From Epiperipatus broadwayi (taxonomy: Eukaryota; Animalia; Onychophora): a stretch of DNA of 64,000 nucleotides. The notes below the pieces were generated by a model. That model was not told the DNA's origin, made no database searches, and saw nothing but the letters and a program-made list of their open reading frames with translations. Of the stretch, positions 1-12,635 are shown piece after piece. Each line of letters begins with the position of its first letter. Positions within the stretch are counted from its first letter, which is position 1. A program made the position numbers and the translations under genes. Where the stretch lies: assembly GCA_028023455.1 (NCBI GenBank), contig JAQFVV010000007.1, positions 15,314,001 to 15,378,000 on the forward strand, written 5' to 3'.

Positions 1-289
1 CTAAATATATACTAGCAATATCAAACAATAAAAGGATAGGCATATTTACAGGTTTATATAAAAAATGTTTTTTGTTTAGAAACTGGCTTATATCATATCC
101 TAGTATATGTATTAAGGATGTAGTATAAAATAGATTTATTAGCAGTATTGTATACATTTTCTAACCTATTGTGAAATTATATAGGAGAATAGTTTATGAC
201 TGATTATTGCTGAATTGTTTAAAATAATATTGTTATCGGCATTATGCTGTGCTATTGCTGAAAAATATTAAAATATTAGTAAGAAATCA

Positions 290-370
290 TTAAAAAAATA
301 GTAAACTCTTCACACAGTAGTGCCACCCAGTACAAGCCATAGTAATCAATGTATTCAGGAAGGTTTGTAC
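290..370 (+). repeat. Single arm of dispersed repeat family P1 (core CCCAGTRCAAGCCATAGTAATC)
   Basis: Matches the arms at 700-792, 839-932 (inverted), 22372-22434 and 22455-22512 (inverted). Confidence 0.75.
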
Positions 371-684
371 ATAGATTTCTATTAGTACCTACTTATCCAA
401 AATCCTTAGATTAGTTTGTAGCTCAAGACTTTCATCAGTGAAAAGTCTTGAATTTGAGAGCAGTGCACTTAGATCATAGAATTGAATGCAACCTTCAAGT
501 AGCCACCTATTACAGTTTTAGTTAACTATAAAGCTATGAATGCAAAATAAAACAATAATGTTTTCAATCCAAGCTTATTTGTTTGTACAGTCATACAGAC
601 CTGAACCCAGTTCAGTATTTATACATTTGATGTCTTTTATTTTTTAATAATCATAAACACCATATCCCATGGGCAGAGTTGGTA

Positions 685-932
685 TTAAACCATTAAAAAT
701 CACATGATCACCATTTCCCATGCTTACACAATTATTAAAACAGTAGCAAATTCTCCACATATTAGTGTTACCCAGTGCAAGCTATAGTAATCAATAGATG
801 CGAAAATATTTGTGTGTAAAATCTTTATCTAATGTCTAGATTACTATGGCTTCTATTGGATAGGCACTGATGTATGGAATGCTTACTACTGTTTTAACAT
901 CTTGTGTTAGCATAAAAAAAAACGATCATGTA
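685..932. repeat. Family P1 palindromic pair (imperfect inverted repeat, ~90-bp arms)
   Basis: The left arm (TTAAAACAGTAGC...TATAGTAATC, ~700-792) is the reverse complement of GATTACTATGG...ACTGTTTTAA...GATCATGTAAG (839-932). Confidence 0.75.
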
Positions 933-1162
933 AGAAAAAAAAGGCAAATCAAAAAGAAAAGAGAGATAGGAAACAGACCCTCTTTATGAATGATTGTTGG
1001 AAAGTGGATAATAAATTTCATATGGATTTTAGTATGAAAATATCAATAGATAAAAAAAGACATTTAACTATGGCATCTCAAGTTTGCCAACATATACCCA
1101 GGAGATGAATCTCTTTTACATATTTATGATAAATAAACAAATAAATTATGGGAATGTTTCTA

Positions 1163-1253
1163 TTTTTTTTTCTCATATGTCAAAGCATCAGCCGGGAGGC
1201 GAACCCGGGATAACTGCTTGGAAAGCAGCTATGCTAACCACTAGGCCACCAAA
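1163..1253 (-). mobile_element. tRNA-Gly(TCC)-derived short SINE / tRNA retropseudogene with A-tail
   Basis: Minus strand reads TTGGTGGCCTAGTGGTTAGCATAGCTGCTT-TCC-AAGCAGTTATCCCGGGTTCGCCTCCCGGCTGATGC, then TTTGACATATGAG and A9. It closely resembles eukaryotic tRNA-Gly-TCC, but the acceptor stem is broken. The same tail occurs on the copy at 56219. Confidence 0.85.
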
Positions 1254-2408
1254 ATGATAAACAAATTGCAGAAATATTTTTATTACTGCCGCGCATTATC
1301 ATTAGCGCTGCATACAAACGTAAACGGATATACATGCTCTGTTTCCTGTTATTTCCCATGCTTACTTTAAGTAATGAGAATTTAAATGTCACCACGATAT
1401 ATTTATTTACTCATTATATATATATATATTAGTTGCAATTTATATTGATTATATATTTTTTGTGGTTTACAAGGACAGAAATCACATTTAATTCCTCCCT
1501 GCTCACCAATTGGCAAGCTTGGCAAGGATTGCTTTTACTTCCTTCACAGTTTCTTTATGAAAGACAATTAGAGAAGATTTAGTCTTATCATTTTTTACTT
1601 ATTTACATATATATCACACGCTGTTTTAATTATTATACTGTATATATAAAAAGGGGAGGAGTAACAACTATTAAAATGTTAAATTTTGATAAAAAATTAT
1701 GAATAGGAATTGTCTTAACGATTGAAACGAAATATTTCTAAATTTTTGAAGACGGAAATAAATAAGCTTTTGATAGAATGATGAACTTATTTCTGGATTC
1801 CGTTTGTCACTTTGCCATTTAATGAGAATGTAATAGTCTCTTAATGTTGGTGAATTAAGACTAAAATCAAAGCTGATGTTTCTAAACTAACTATTAGTTT
1901 CTGTTGGCATCAAACTATCTTAATTTTGAGTGTTTCTGGCGTTATTGGTATTTGTGGATGAGACCGTGATGAAGTTATTAGTGTCGCAGATGAATGAAAA
2001 ATGACATAACGACATTTTCTTGTAAATCATTGTGAAATAAAATTTTTAAAAATCAAAATGAATGTGACAAATATGACTCAGATTTTAAAAGATTAAAATG
2101 TATAAACAGTCATTAAGAACAATTAAAAAATAGTTATAATTAGCGAGATAGTTACAATTAGCGAAGAAAGAAACATTTAATCTACATATAAATATTTGTG
2201 TGTGAATCGTGCTTAACCTGCTTTCTTTGATGTTCAAACTTCATATGACCTCCTGAGCAACTGATCACATAATAAATATTAAACAAGTTGTTTAGTGAAG
2301 GTAAAGATATAGCTAGTGGTTGAAATTTAAAAAAAAAAAAAGGTGAAAAATTACCAAGCTGCAATAGGAGTAATAATTTAATATTTTATAGTGTATTGTC
2401 CTAACTAG

Positions 2409-2480
2409 GTGTTCATCAAGATTGTCTGTTTTCCATGATGGAGACATTAGTTTCACATACCAATGCATGTTACTTGCAAA
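2409..2480 (+). other. Candidate 72-nt internal exon (host transcript unknown)
   Basis: Preceded by CTAACTAG (branch point plus acceptor) and followed by GTAAGT. Two frames are open (e.g. VHQDCLFSMMETLVSHTNACYLQ). A possible upstream donor GAAG|GTAAAG lies at 2300. No recognisable protein family. Confidence 0.3.
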
Positions 2481-4340
2481 GTAAGTCATAGTAAGGCTAG
2501 CATTCATCCAATCAGTATTTGATCTATTTACTAGTCTCCAGCTTAAATAATACTAGATAATAATACCATATTCATATTCTAAAAATGATTAGGACTTTAT
2601 CAGGTATAATGCCTATAACCAATGTCTGTAGTCATTTGCAACAAAAGCTGGTCCAGTTATGTGAATGTGTGTGTGTATTCATATAATAAGATTCAAACTT
2701 TACAACCATTAAACAAGACTTTTATAGTTGCAGGGCCCAAAACTGTTTGTTAATTGCCTTTTTTTTATGAAAGCAAATCAAGGCAATACTGTCTCACAAT
2801 CAAATGTCTTTCTTAATCACACTCAGTGAGAGCTTTTCATTATTTGCTACATATATATACTTTAACAAAAAACTCAAACAAATAAACTTTTATAGGTTAA
2901 TTGGAAATCTTGTTTAGGCTCAAGAATAGTTAGTTAATAGTTTCTTAGCAATATCAAAGCTAAAATTATCTCTGTTCACATGCATATATTCTCATCTCTA
3001 TTCTTTATTATAATAACAATCCATGGAAATATTTAATTCCAATATTTATAAAAGCATTAGATATTTATTTCATAATGAAATGAAATGTTCAAATTTGTAT
3101 TCCATACAATAGAAAAGTTTTTTTTTTTTTACTGAATGTACAAGTAAAGTGTATTTTTAAGTGATTCATTCAAAATTATATTATTTGCAAAACAATCTTC
3201 GTGTAAAAAAAGAAATCAAAATATCTACTGCCTAGCTTTTTAACTATTTTCATTGGAAGAAGCTTTGTAAGCATTTAAATTGCATAATCCATACAAATAA
3301 ATATCTTTTATATACATTCTTTAAAGCTCAACACCATTTTTTCCAAAACTGCTTTATTATTCAACAAATTAAAAATATTTCTTTTAGTTTATTTGTGTGT
3401 GTGTGTGTTACAGCAAAAAAATAACTAGCGACTGGGTTTCCTACCCATGAGTCTTTTAGTGCCATCTCTGGATCAAAATATGTGTTATGTAGCATCAGAG
3501 TTTAATTATTGACTATGGAAATTTTTAAATGCTACCATGTCTGAATCATGAATTATTATGCAAAACATGAAAGTCTGTTTCATATTTTAATCCATGGTGG
3601 TAAAATGCACTATTATTATATTTTGTTTTTAATTGAGCTAAACTATTACTGAAATGTTTAAAATAATTCAAACTATGCATAGCAGTGAAAACAAAAATCA
3701 CAAAAATGTTTTTAAGTAGTTTTCAAGATCCTGTGATCAAAGGAGAGCTTTAAAGACTATTAATAAAGATATTAAACACAGTATCACATTTCATGTTGTA
3801 ATCCATAATACAGACACACTAATACCCTGAAAATTTTGTAGTAAATAGCCACAATTATGTTATTGTGTAATGGATACATTATCATGCTCATATGCAGTTT
3901 TGGAGAAGAAATCTGACACATTTTCATTAGGACACACTATGTTTTAAAAACATGTTAAGCATAATTTCACTTTTTCTAACTATTCCAATGGATATTCTTT
4001 TGTCAATCAGATTTTTTCATATGTCCTCCTTTGTTGGACTGAACATGAAAAATGAATTAAATTTTGAAAACAGTTTTGTGACTCGTCTTCTTCATTTTAT
4101 GTATTTCTATTCTAGATTAAAATAACATTAATAATTATTTACTTATACTGTAAAGGGAAATAGTAAAATAAGCACTAATATTACCAAACTATCAGTCATA
4201 TTTGAATAATGGTTCACTTTTATAGTATATATTTATAAGTAAAATAAAATTAGCCAAGTCACATGGTATTGTGAATGAAATCAGACTCCAAATAGCTAAA
4301 TAAATATTAACTGATGCATGGGTTTGATATACTCTTTTAA

Positions 4341-4376
<36 letters not shown>

Positions 4377-4714
4377 GAATGTTTTAATATTGTAGATTGT
4401 GGCTTTAAAGCTTATGTAGCACCTTACGAACTATAGTGGGGCAAAAATGAAGGTAGTACTTTTTATATTGGGGGAAAGACTTCTCCGCATGTTATAAATG
4501 AGACTGGTAATCAGTGGATAATGTCTAGTCTAATGAATGATTAATAAAAATTAATAAGACTGGTATTTGTTTGTGAATTTGAAATTATAGAGTCAGTGAT
4601 AAGAATGCAACAAGGAAGAAGGCAGGAACATTTCCGTAGAAAGTAATCCAGGATTTCTTCATCTCTATGTCATAGTGCACATAATGAATTTATATTTTTA
4701 ACATGTCTTTATAG

Positions 4715-5046
4715 GAAAGGAAATTATTAGTAGAAAGGGCTTTGACATTTATTTTAAATACATGGGTTACAGATATCAACGTTCAAACTTTTTTTGATGT
4801 ATTGTTATTAACCTACAGAAAAAAGTGGATATTATTTTTATTTCATATGTTTGTCAATACTTAATGTTATTGAGAAATAGATTGTGTGAAAGGATTGTGT
4901 GCTTGTTTGTGATGGTAAAGATGCTGTGCACACACCAACTAGCAAAGACCCATAGGCGTTTATTGGACCGTTATAGCAAGATTGATTAACTGGATAGAAG
5001 GACTCCTATGCAGAGTCTAAAAGTTGTTACATTATTGTAACCCATG
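4715..5046 (+). other. Candidate non-coding/5'UTR exon ending in ATG, or decayed transposase fragment
   Basis: Flanked by TTTATAG| and ATG|GTAAGT, with stops in all frames. Short peptides (EIISRKG..YMGYRY; CACL*W*RCCAH) loosely recall FLYWCH/SWIM motifs. Confidence 0.25.
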
Positions 5047-6599
5047 GTAAGTACAAATTGTGACATCAAATCAAAATTTCATAGATTCTCTAGTAAATTG
5101 TCACAAGCTAAATTAAGCAGTATATAATAAGATTAATAAACAGGTGGCAGAAAGAGGACTATAGCGAACCCCTACTTTGATGTGTGGAAAATTTTTACCT
5201 GAAACTGCCTAGATAGCCACTATATTTCTGGTTTTTTTTCCTTTTGTTGTTATTTATTGTTAAAACACGTATTGAGTGGTCAACTTGTTGACACAAATAT
5301 TGCTTAAGTAGCTTAATTCAACTTAATCCTTTATAGATGTGTCAGGCAGATGACCTTTCTTTTTTTTTTTACCATTTGTTTTTTCTTATTGTTTTCATTG
5401 TAGAGCCACTGCTCATTTGTAAGCATGTTACTTATAATAAGAAAGATGTATAATGATTTCCATATTTATCTTCTTAAGGTGTGAATAAAGTTGTTATTTG
5501 AAACTAAAAACAAACTTCTTTGTTTCAGAAACAAGTATTTTTTTTTAATTTCTGACTTTTTAATATTTTTATTAAGTAATAACCTGTAGATTTATACTTT
5601 ACGTTTGTCTTCAATATGATAATATTAAATCGTGATATCACACTTCCAACATAAAGCTGTAACAACAAATAGAAAACTAAATTAAATGGCTGGGCGCTTT
5701 CAAGAAGATGTACTTCTCATATTCATAGCCAGTTATGATTCTTTCTTTGAAATCATTATATAAATAAATTACCATATGCAAATTCTATACAAATGAGTCA
5801 CTAAGACCATCTTTTAGATATAGCAAAACGTTGGAAGTGTGATAGCACGATTTAATATTATAATATTATTATTAGTGGCCTTTTATTGTAGAAATTTTAT
5901 CTCAGGAAAATACAGTGTTCAATTAAAAAAACGATAATCAATTTAAAACATTTAAAAATAAAAAAATTACATAAATCAGGATATGCTGATTTATAGTCGA
6001 CCATTTTGTTCTTTGACAAACATTCAATAGCTGCTAAAAACTAAATAGAAATTTAAAAGGGAATGTCAGACCCTCATTTCAATAACTCAAACAAATTAAC
6101 TTAAAACAATAAAAAGTTTATTACTTCCTTATTTTAAATGGCTGAATCTTAAACTAGCTTTATAATAATTGATTATAATTAGAAAAAATGTTATCAACAT
6201 AATTATACTGTCAAACAGTAGTAAGAGACATTTTTTAAAAAATAAATCAGCGTATTTGATGTTCACTTTTTAAAATGAAGATTAAAGATAAAAATAATAA
6301 TTACAAAATGCTTTAATTGTCTCTAAAAAGAAAAAAAATCTAAAAATTATTTTGTTAAGAATAACAAACAGTTTGCATGTAGTAAATAATTCAATAGAAA
6401 TCAGGAAAACAAGTGCACATTTTTTTGGTGCTTGATAAAATTCCTTTTTATTATTTTCTGCAGTGATCTACTGATCTGCTTAATAACACAATTTCATTCT
6501 AGTAAGACCAAAAAATGTAAACAACTATGCATCTACTCCCCTCCTCAAGATTTTCTAAATGCTTTCACTGATGTAAATATATCTATTTGCAGTGGTAGA

Positions 6600-7485
6600 A
6601 GAATAAACTTGAGGTCTGAATGTTCATTGATCCAACCGTAGTCTGTCACTTCTGATGATCCAAGGTCACACGATCTCCTAAGCAAAAAATCTTTTAAAAA
6701 TGACCAAAAGAGTGGAGAACTCAAAACCTAGAGAATCCTGGGTCAGAACTCAATTTATTATTTCTAATGCTCAAATACCCACTTCTCAAGCAAAACAATC
6801 ATTTAAGTGTGCTAGAAAAGTTTATGATTCCTCAATCAAAGATCAACCTTTTTCTCTTGGTGCTTATGGATGACTTTCCAAATATTTGTTATGGACTCCT
6901 ACATCAAAGTTCACTCTGTCACTCTGGTCTCAAATGGCACATGATCTCTCAAGCAATTAATTGTTTTGGTAAAATTGACTTAAAAGTTAAGGTTTCCTGG
7001 ATTGAAGCTCAATCTGTTACTTCTGGTGTAAAAATGGCACCTGATCTCTCAAGCATTTAAATGTCATAAAAGAGTGATGGACTCAAAAGCTAATAATTTC
7101 TGGATCAAAGCTCAATCAGTTAATTTCTGATACTTAAATGGCACATGACCTCCAAAGTAATTAAATGCTATGGTAGAAGGCTAAAGATTCCTAGATCAAA
7201 GCTCTATTTGTCATTTCTGTTGATAAAATGAGATATGATCTAAGCATTTAAGTATTGTGATAGAGTGGTGGACAAAAAAAAATAAACATTCCTGATCAAA
7301 GCCCTACTTCTCATTTCTGGTGCTCAAATACTGATGACTTCCTAAGCATTAAAAGTTACTGGATCAAAACTCAATCTGACATTTCTGATGCTCAAATGGT
7401 TTATGATCAGTGTGATGGTAGAGTGAAGAATTCAAAAGCTAATGCTTCCTAGATCAAAAAATTCTATTACTTCTAGTCCTCAACC
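6600..7485. repeat. Old degenerate tandem array, ~10 units of 68-112 bp
   Basis: The anchor GATCAAAGCTCAATCTGTCACTTCTG..CTCAAATGGCACATGATCTC recurs at ~6629, 6741, 6834, 6902, 7000, 7103, 7194, 7294, 7362 and 7452. Confidence 0.8.
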
Positions 7486-7845
7486 AATTCTATCTCATTA
7501 ACAATTAAACATTTATTAAAAAATACATGATCCTTTCTAATGTAATTTTACAGAAAAGTTGTTTTTGTCACAGCTCAATTCTGTGTTATCATAGAGGGAT
7601 TTATATATACTGAAAAAGAGCAAGGTGTTCTTTAACATTTGAAGAAATAATTGTTTCAAAAATTAATAGCAGAATATTTTCAGCATCATTTTGTAATGGA
7701 TCAACATGTTGGCTGCTCAGTACATTGCAAATAAAACTACTTTTCCACTGTAGATTTTATAGAGTACTTGTCAGAAAAATGGTTGATTTTCAAGTTTCAT
7801 AGAAATGTAATTACTGTTTTAAAACCAGGAATTTATCTTACATTA

Positions 7846-8115
7846 CTTTGCAGAATAGCCCTAATCCCAGACCAGTTTCTGCTACTGGTTTCCTCAGTGA
7901 AGTGCTAGGATATTCAAGTGCTGCGCTTGTCCTGGTATTTTTAATCTAATGTTTGAATATTCTAGCACATCACTGAGGAAGCCAGTAGCAGAAACCAGTA
8001 TGGGGTTAGGGATATTCTGCAAAGCTTGTTAAGAGCTTATTTGCAAGCTCTTTATATAACATTTGTAATACAAGCTTGTTTAAATTAGGTCATGTGACAT
8101 CTGACTTGATTTTTT
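7846..8115. mobile_element. Head-to-head inverted pair of hammerhead-bearing repeat family HH-B (Penelope-like pLTR fragment)
   Basis: 7846-7917 is the reverse complement of 7953-8024. Each arm carries CA-CTGAGGA-A..CAGTAGCA-GAAA-C(C/T)(A/G)GT(A/C)-TGGG. The right arm continues and is homologous to 61405-61590. Confidence 0.7.
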
Positions 8116-8339
8116 TTTAATCTTATATTTAAAAAACATTGTTTTAATTTTTTCTTCAATAATTATGACAATAGAATTGTATCTTTGGACAATTTTATTT
8201 TCATCCTTTAATTATATGCAGAGAAATTCTTACACCAAACTTTTAATATAAATGTGACTAAATCTGGTTACATCACATTTCTTATTAAATCAACAAAGTA
8301 TACACATTCAAATACCTCTACATCCTGTTGGTAAATACA

Positions 8340-9055
8340 CCTACTGGCAAATACACACTTTGCTATACCCCAACACTCTTTCTGCTCTGAATTCTTCCAT
8401 GTTAGCAATCAACAATAAACAACTATTACACAAATTTTCGAGATTGTCACTTGAACCAAAATTATTTGATTTTCTAATCCAACTAAATCTGCATGTCTTA
8501 CATATCTTATACTTTATCAGATAGTGATGGCTGTACAAACACATTGATCCATTCTGTGGAATGTGCCATGCAGTTGAAGAAACACAGCAACATATTTCCT
8601 ACTCATGTCAAGCCTTGAACAAAATTTGCAATCTTACCTTAAATACATATAGACAACCAAAATTCTCAATTCAGCAAATAATAAGTTTACATCAAAAGTC
8701 TACCACTCCCACAGTCTGGGCAAATACATTTATACTATTTGCATTTTGGTATATTTGATGTATACAAGGCGGCATCCACCAACATTTATAAACAACTTGA
8801 CAATATGGATTTCAGAATTTCTTCTCCAGACATACATGTGGCAACTTGATCCCTTCTCAAGAAACCAGAGAACCTCTCATTTAAAACAGTACCAACAACT
8901 GCTCAACAGTTAGTGTTGTCAGTTTTTATATATTGAATTATGCTCTACCAGCCTGATGATAGAACTTAAGTTTTTTGCAGATATACTTAAATATAAATTA
9001 CAAATGATTGATGTAACTTTAAATATTGAATAATTTAAACCCAATAAAAAAAAAT
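8340..9055 (+). mobile_element. 3' remnant of an L1/Tx1-clade LINE (zf-RVT zinc-finger region, poly-A end)
   Basis: One frame gives ...SRLSLEPKLFDFLIQLNLHVL...DPFCGMCHAVEETQQHISYSCQAL...FAFWYI*, matching the PK..F..L..VL and CxxC-x4-ETxxH-xxxxC pattern of the L1 ORF2 C-terminus. AATAAA plus an A-run at ~9043-9055. Confidence 0.7.
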
Positions 9056-9941
9056 AACACTATAACCCTTGCAATTTTTGTAAACAAAATTTAATAAAAT
9101 TATTGTTGAAACATAAATTTGTAATGACATAAATAATCATGGTTCAGTATTTAATTAGATAGATTAGATGATCCAAGCTTAAAATAAAGTATGAAACCTT
9201 CACCATTTCAGAATTTTATAGATAGGTTAAATAATTTGATAAATTTTCAATTTAACTTTTTAATATATGTAAATTGTGAATAATTGGCCAATTACATTTA
9301 AATGTTAATATTTTGTCATTTAGATATTAATTTAAATTTTAGTTTTAAAATTCTATTCATATTCAGGATTACAAAACCTAGCCAAAATTTAAGAGCTAAA
9401 ATTTCACAACCACTTGGCTTCACTGTCAAAGCAAACTTTATGTGTCTGTAGGCACTTCCCAAAGAGAATGTATACCTTCAGCAAGCTTCATAGTTTACTT
9501 TTGCTTTTTTATGTTATTATTAGAATGGCCTTCACTGCAGTAACAATAATTTTTCATGATCACATGAAAATTTTTATCTATTCCAAAAATGTCCACATTG
9601 TTCGCTATACAGTAGTTTATAATTTACCAGTTTGAACTGTTGTTTTGATGATTATATGACTATTTACTAATATATGTTGATATTCCTGTCATCAAATGTC
9701 ACATAATATTAAGTCTTGTATGATTTAGGGTCATGATGAAGCATGAGAATTTGGGAAATAATGTCTTTCAATTGACTTCTAGCATTTAATTTTTAGATGA
9801 ACTACTGAACAATAAAGCTATTGAATTATTTTAATTTATTAAGCTTCACATTATCTTATGTCAATATTCTCCAATATATATATATATATAAAAGATATAA
9901 TTCACAAGTTCATCTATGCTAAAAAAATTTAATATTAATAT

Positions 9942-9983
9942 ACCGACATTTCGACTTGATCACACAAGTCATCTACTGGGTGA
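9942..9983 (-). ncRNA. Decayed minimal type I hammerhead-like motif (family HH-E)
   Basis: Minus strand: ACC-CAGTAGA-T-GACTTG-TGTGAT-CAAGTC-GAAA-TGTC-GGT. Stem II is a perfect 6 bp and stem I is ACC/GGT. The core has two changes from CTGANGA. Confidence 0.5.
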
Positions 9984-10707
9984 TCAATGGTAGAAAAAAT
10001 GGTTGTAGAGGCACTACAATCACTGATTTGAAAATAATGTTAAAGTTTCACCAATAGCAAAAATGTCAAATTAAAATATGTTTAAAAAAAAAAAAAATTC
10101 AAATAGGAGGAAGTTTGCATGTATCATCTTGCTTATTGATACAATTTTGTCTTTTTAGTAGCTCAATGGCTTCGCTGATTTTACACTGGTAGAGGTTATC
10201 ACATCTGGATATGATCCTGGTACTAGAAAAATCAATTTTATGACCTGAATCTATAGTACAGAGTGAGAGTGCTGATAATGATGATGATGAGGATGTTCAT
10301 CTCTCCTAACACTGATATAACAATTGCTCATACCTATGTAAGAAGCTTTATATATATTATTAATAAAGAATTAAGCAAAATTAACAAAAAAATTGAAATA
10401 ATAAATGTAAAAAAAAATTTATAAAAAAAAGATTTTTATTTAGTTTCATGAATAATGCACTAAAAACCAAAAAAGAAATGTTTTCTTTGATCACAATTTG
10501 GATTGTTATATTTAACTTGAAATAAAAGCATGGGGCAAAATTGAATTATTTAATTTGTGGAGATCCCATGCGTTTATTTAAAGTTAAATATAATCCGAAT
10601 TGTGGCTGTAGAAATAAATATTTTTTTTGTTTTTCATTAACATTATTTTATCAAATTCATTTGAAAATTTTGTTTATAAAATATTTTATAATTACATTTT
10701 GAATTAC

Positions 10708-10812
10708 AAGTGTCAAATTAACTCAACACACATCTTTGACACCATCCACTTTAGATAAATAGAGTAATGACTATCATTAATCATTTACTAAACTAGAGAT
10801 TGCCTCTAGCAC
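10708..10812 (+). repeat. Dispersed repeat family P3 (ATCCACTTTAGATAA...TAATCATTTA..A.ACTAGAGATT)
   Basis: Homologous to two copies at 47866-47980 and 48040-48135. Confidence 0.7.
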
Positions 10813-10865
10813 ATATATAAACTTTAAAACTCATATAAAGATATATATGAGAAATAGTGACCTAA

Positions 10866-10905
10866 CCAACAGATGAGTGCTGGTTCAGTACGAAATGTAT
10901 CTTGG
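10866..10905 (+). ncRNA. Hammerhead-like motif, family HH-A variant
   Basis: CCAA-CAGATGA-GTGCTG-GTT-CAGTAC-GAAA-TGTA-TC-TTGG. Stems I and II pair; the core carries U4A. Confidence 0.6.
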
Positions 10906-11705
10906 GGGTCATTTGTATCTTTATTTATATGAATTTAAAAGAATATTATATGGTAATATTGAGGTTATTAAATATATTTATAAAAATATTTTATATATAT
11001 ACTATTTTTTTATTTTTAGTTTTCAGATATTATTTTAAGTAACCTTTTATAATTATTCATATTCAAATTTAAAGGGTATCTAAACAATGTTGCTGTGTTT
11101 TCAGTACTTGAAATGAAATTTGCTTGCATAGCAAATTGTGTGATTTTTGTGTTACAAAGACAGGGTTTTTAAAAAAGTTAAAAGTTCAAGAAAAATTAAA
11201 CATTTTATCCTTTCTTTTTTTTTTAATGTAAATACTTTTTAGTGAATTAGTGATGAAATTCAATGGAAATTAATTTTTAAAAATATACTGCTATCTATTG
11301 AATATGACTGGAAACTTGTTAAAGTGATATCATGATTTGAAATTCTGCCCACTGTTGGATTGGACAACCCTGAAATATTGCATTGCTATTGATGTTTTAT
11401 AAAATTTGAAATTTGTAAATAAAAGCACTTAAAAAGAAAAGTAAAATAAGATTGCAACCACCACATTTTTAAAAACATCCTCATTGATTACTAATTGAAT
11501 ATTATTAATAAAAAAATGCATGCTATTTTACCTTATTGGTGAGCAAATGTTGAATGATGAATTTGTTGATTATTGTTTTAAGGCATAAATTGCTATTTTT
11601 TCAAAAAGTTAAAATTTTCACTTAACAATGTGTAAGCCTATTATACATTCAGAGGGCTACTTATGGATAGTCTGAGGAAAAGTCGTTTACTTCTCTTAAT
11701 TACAT

Positions 11706-12635
11706 ATGCATCCGAAGGTGGAGGGTGCTAAGAATCCCCTGATTGCAGACCCAGGCTGCCATTTGATGACGACTTTTTATTTAGGTACTTACAACTGCAG
11801 ATCACTTTCAAGTGAAGGAAGATTGCAAGAATTAGAAGAAGAACTCTCTTATATTAAATGGGACATTATTGGACTTTGTGAAGTTAGAAAAAAAGGTGAA
11901 GAGACAATTGATTTAAAAAGTGAACATATACTCTATTATAAAGGCACAAATATTGGAAATACAAGTGGAGTAGGATTCATTATAAATAAAAAGTGGAAGA
12001 ACAATATTGTGGAGATTGATGGTGTATTGGACAGAGTGGTAAGATTAGTTATACAACTTAATAGCAGATAATTCAGGTTTATGCCCCAACAAGTTCTCAT
12101 AGTGATGAAGTAGTAGAAGATTTTTATATGGATGTACAAAAGGCTTTTGATCAGAGTAAACACCATTTTAAAATTGTTATGGGAGACTTTAATGCTAGAA
12201 TTGGTAGACAAATGAAAGATGAAATTGCTGTAGGTAATTTTGGTTATGGTAATAGAAATGAGAGAGGACATAGACTTGTGGAGTTTGCAGAAGAAGAAAA
12301 ACTTTATATTATGAATTCTTTTTTTTGAGAAAAATGTTAAAAGGAAATGGACATGGAAGCATCCGAATGAAGGTACAGCAGAATTGGATTATATTTTGAC
12401 TAACAGGAAATATATATTTCAAGATTGTAATGTTCTTAATAAATTTAACACAGGAAGTGATCATCGATTAGTAAGGTGTAAGTTACGTGTTAATGTAAAA
12501 CTAGAGAGACAAAAATGATTAAGGAAAACAATATTTACAGTTGATATTCCTAATCTTCAGAAACATTCTAATGAATTTAAATTAGAACTTACAAATAGGT
12601 TTCAAGTATTAGTAGATTTTGAACATGATTCAGAT
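11706..12635 (+). pseudogene. RTE APE endonuclease region with 2 frameshifts and 1 nonsense codon
   Basis: Motifs GTYNCRSL, DIIGLCEVR, IIQVYAPT, VMGDFNARIG, ELDYIL and GSDHRLV are spread over three frames. Breaks at ~12070, ~12325 (poly-T) and a TGA at ~12516. Confidence 0.9.

Noticed and set aside
424-452. CTGATGA within the hairpin TCAAGACTTT..AAAGTCTTGA as a hammerhead
   Set aside because: No stem II / GAAA / NUH arrangement follows; it is a simple hairpin.
1185-1253. Functional tRNA-Gly(TCC) gene
   Set aside because: The acceptor stem cannot pair, the B-box is altered, and it has an A-tail and a sister copy with a TSD. It is better explained as a SINE or pseudogene.
6600-7485. CRISPR-like array
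   Set aside because: Eukaryotic context; whole units are homologous (no unique spacers), lengths are irregular, and there are no cas genes.
8950-8990. CTGATGA-T-AGAAC-TTAA-GTTTT as a hammerhead
   Set aside because: GAAA and stem III are missing.
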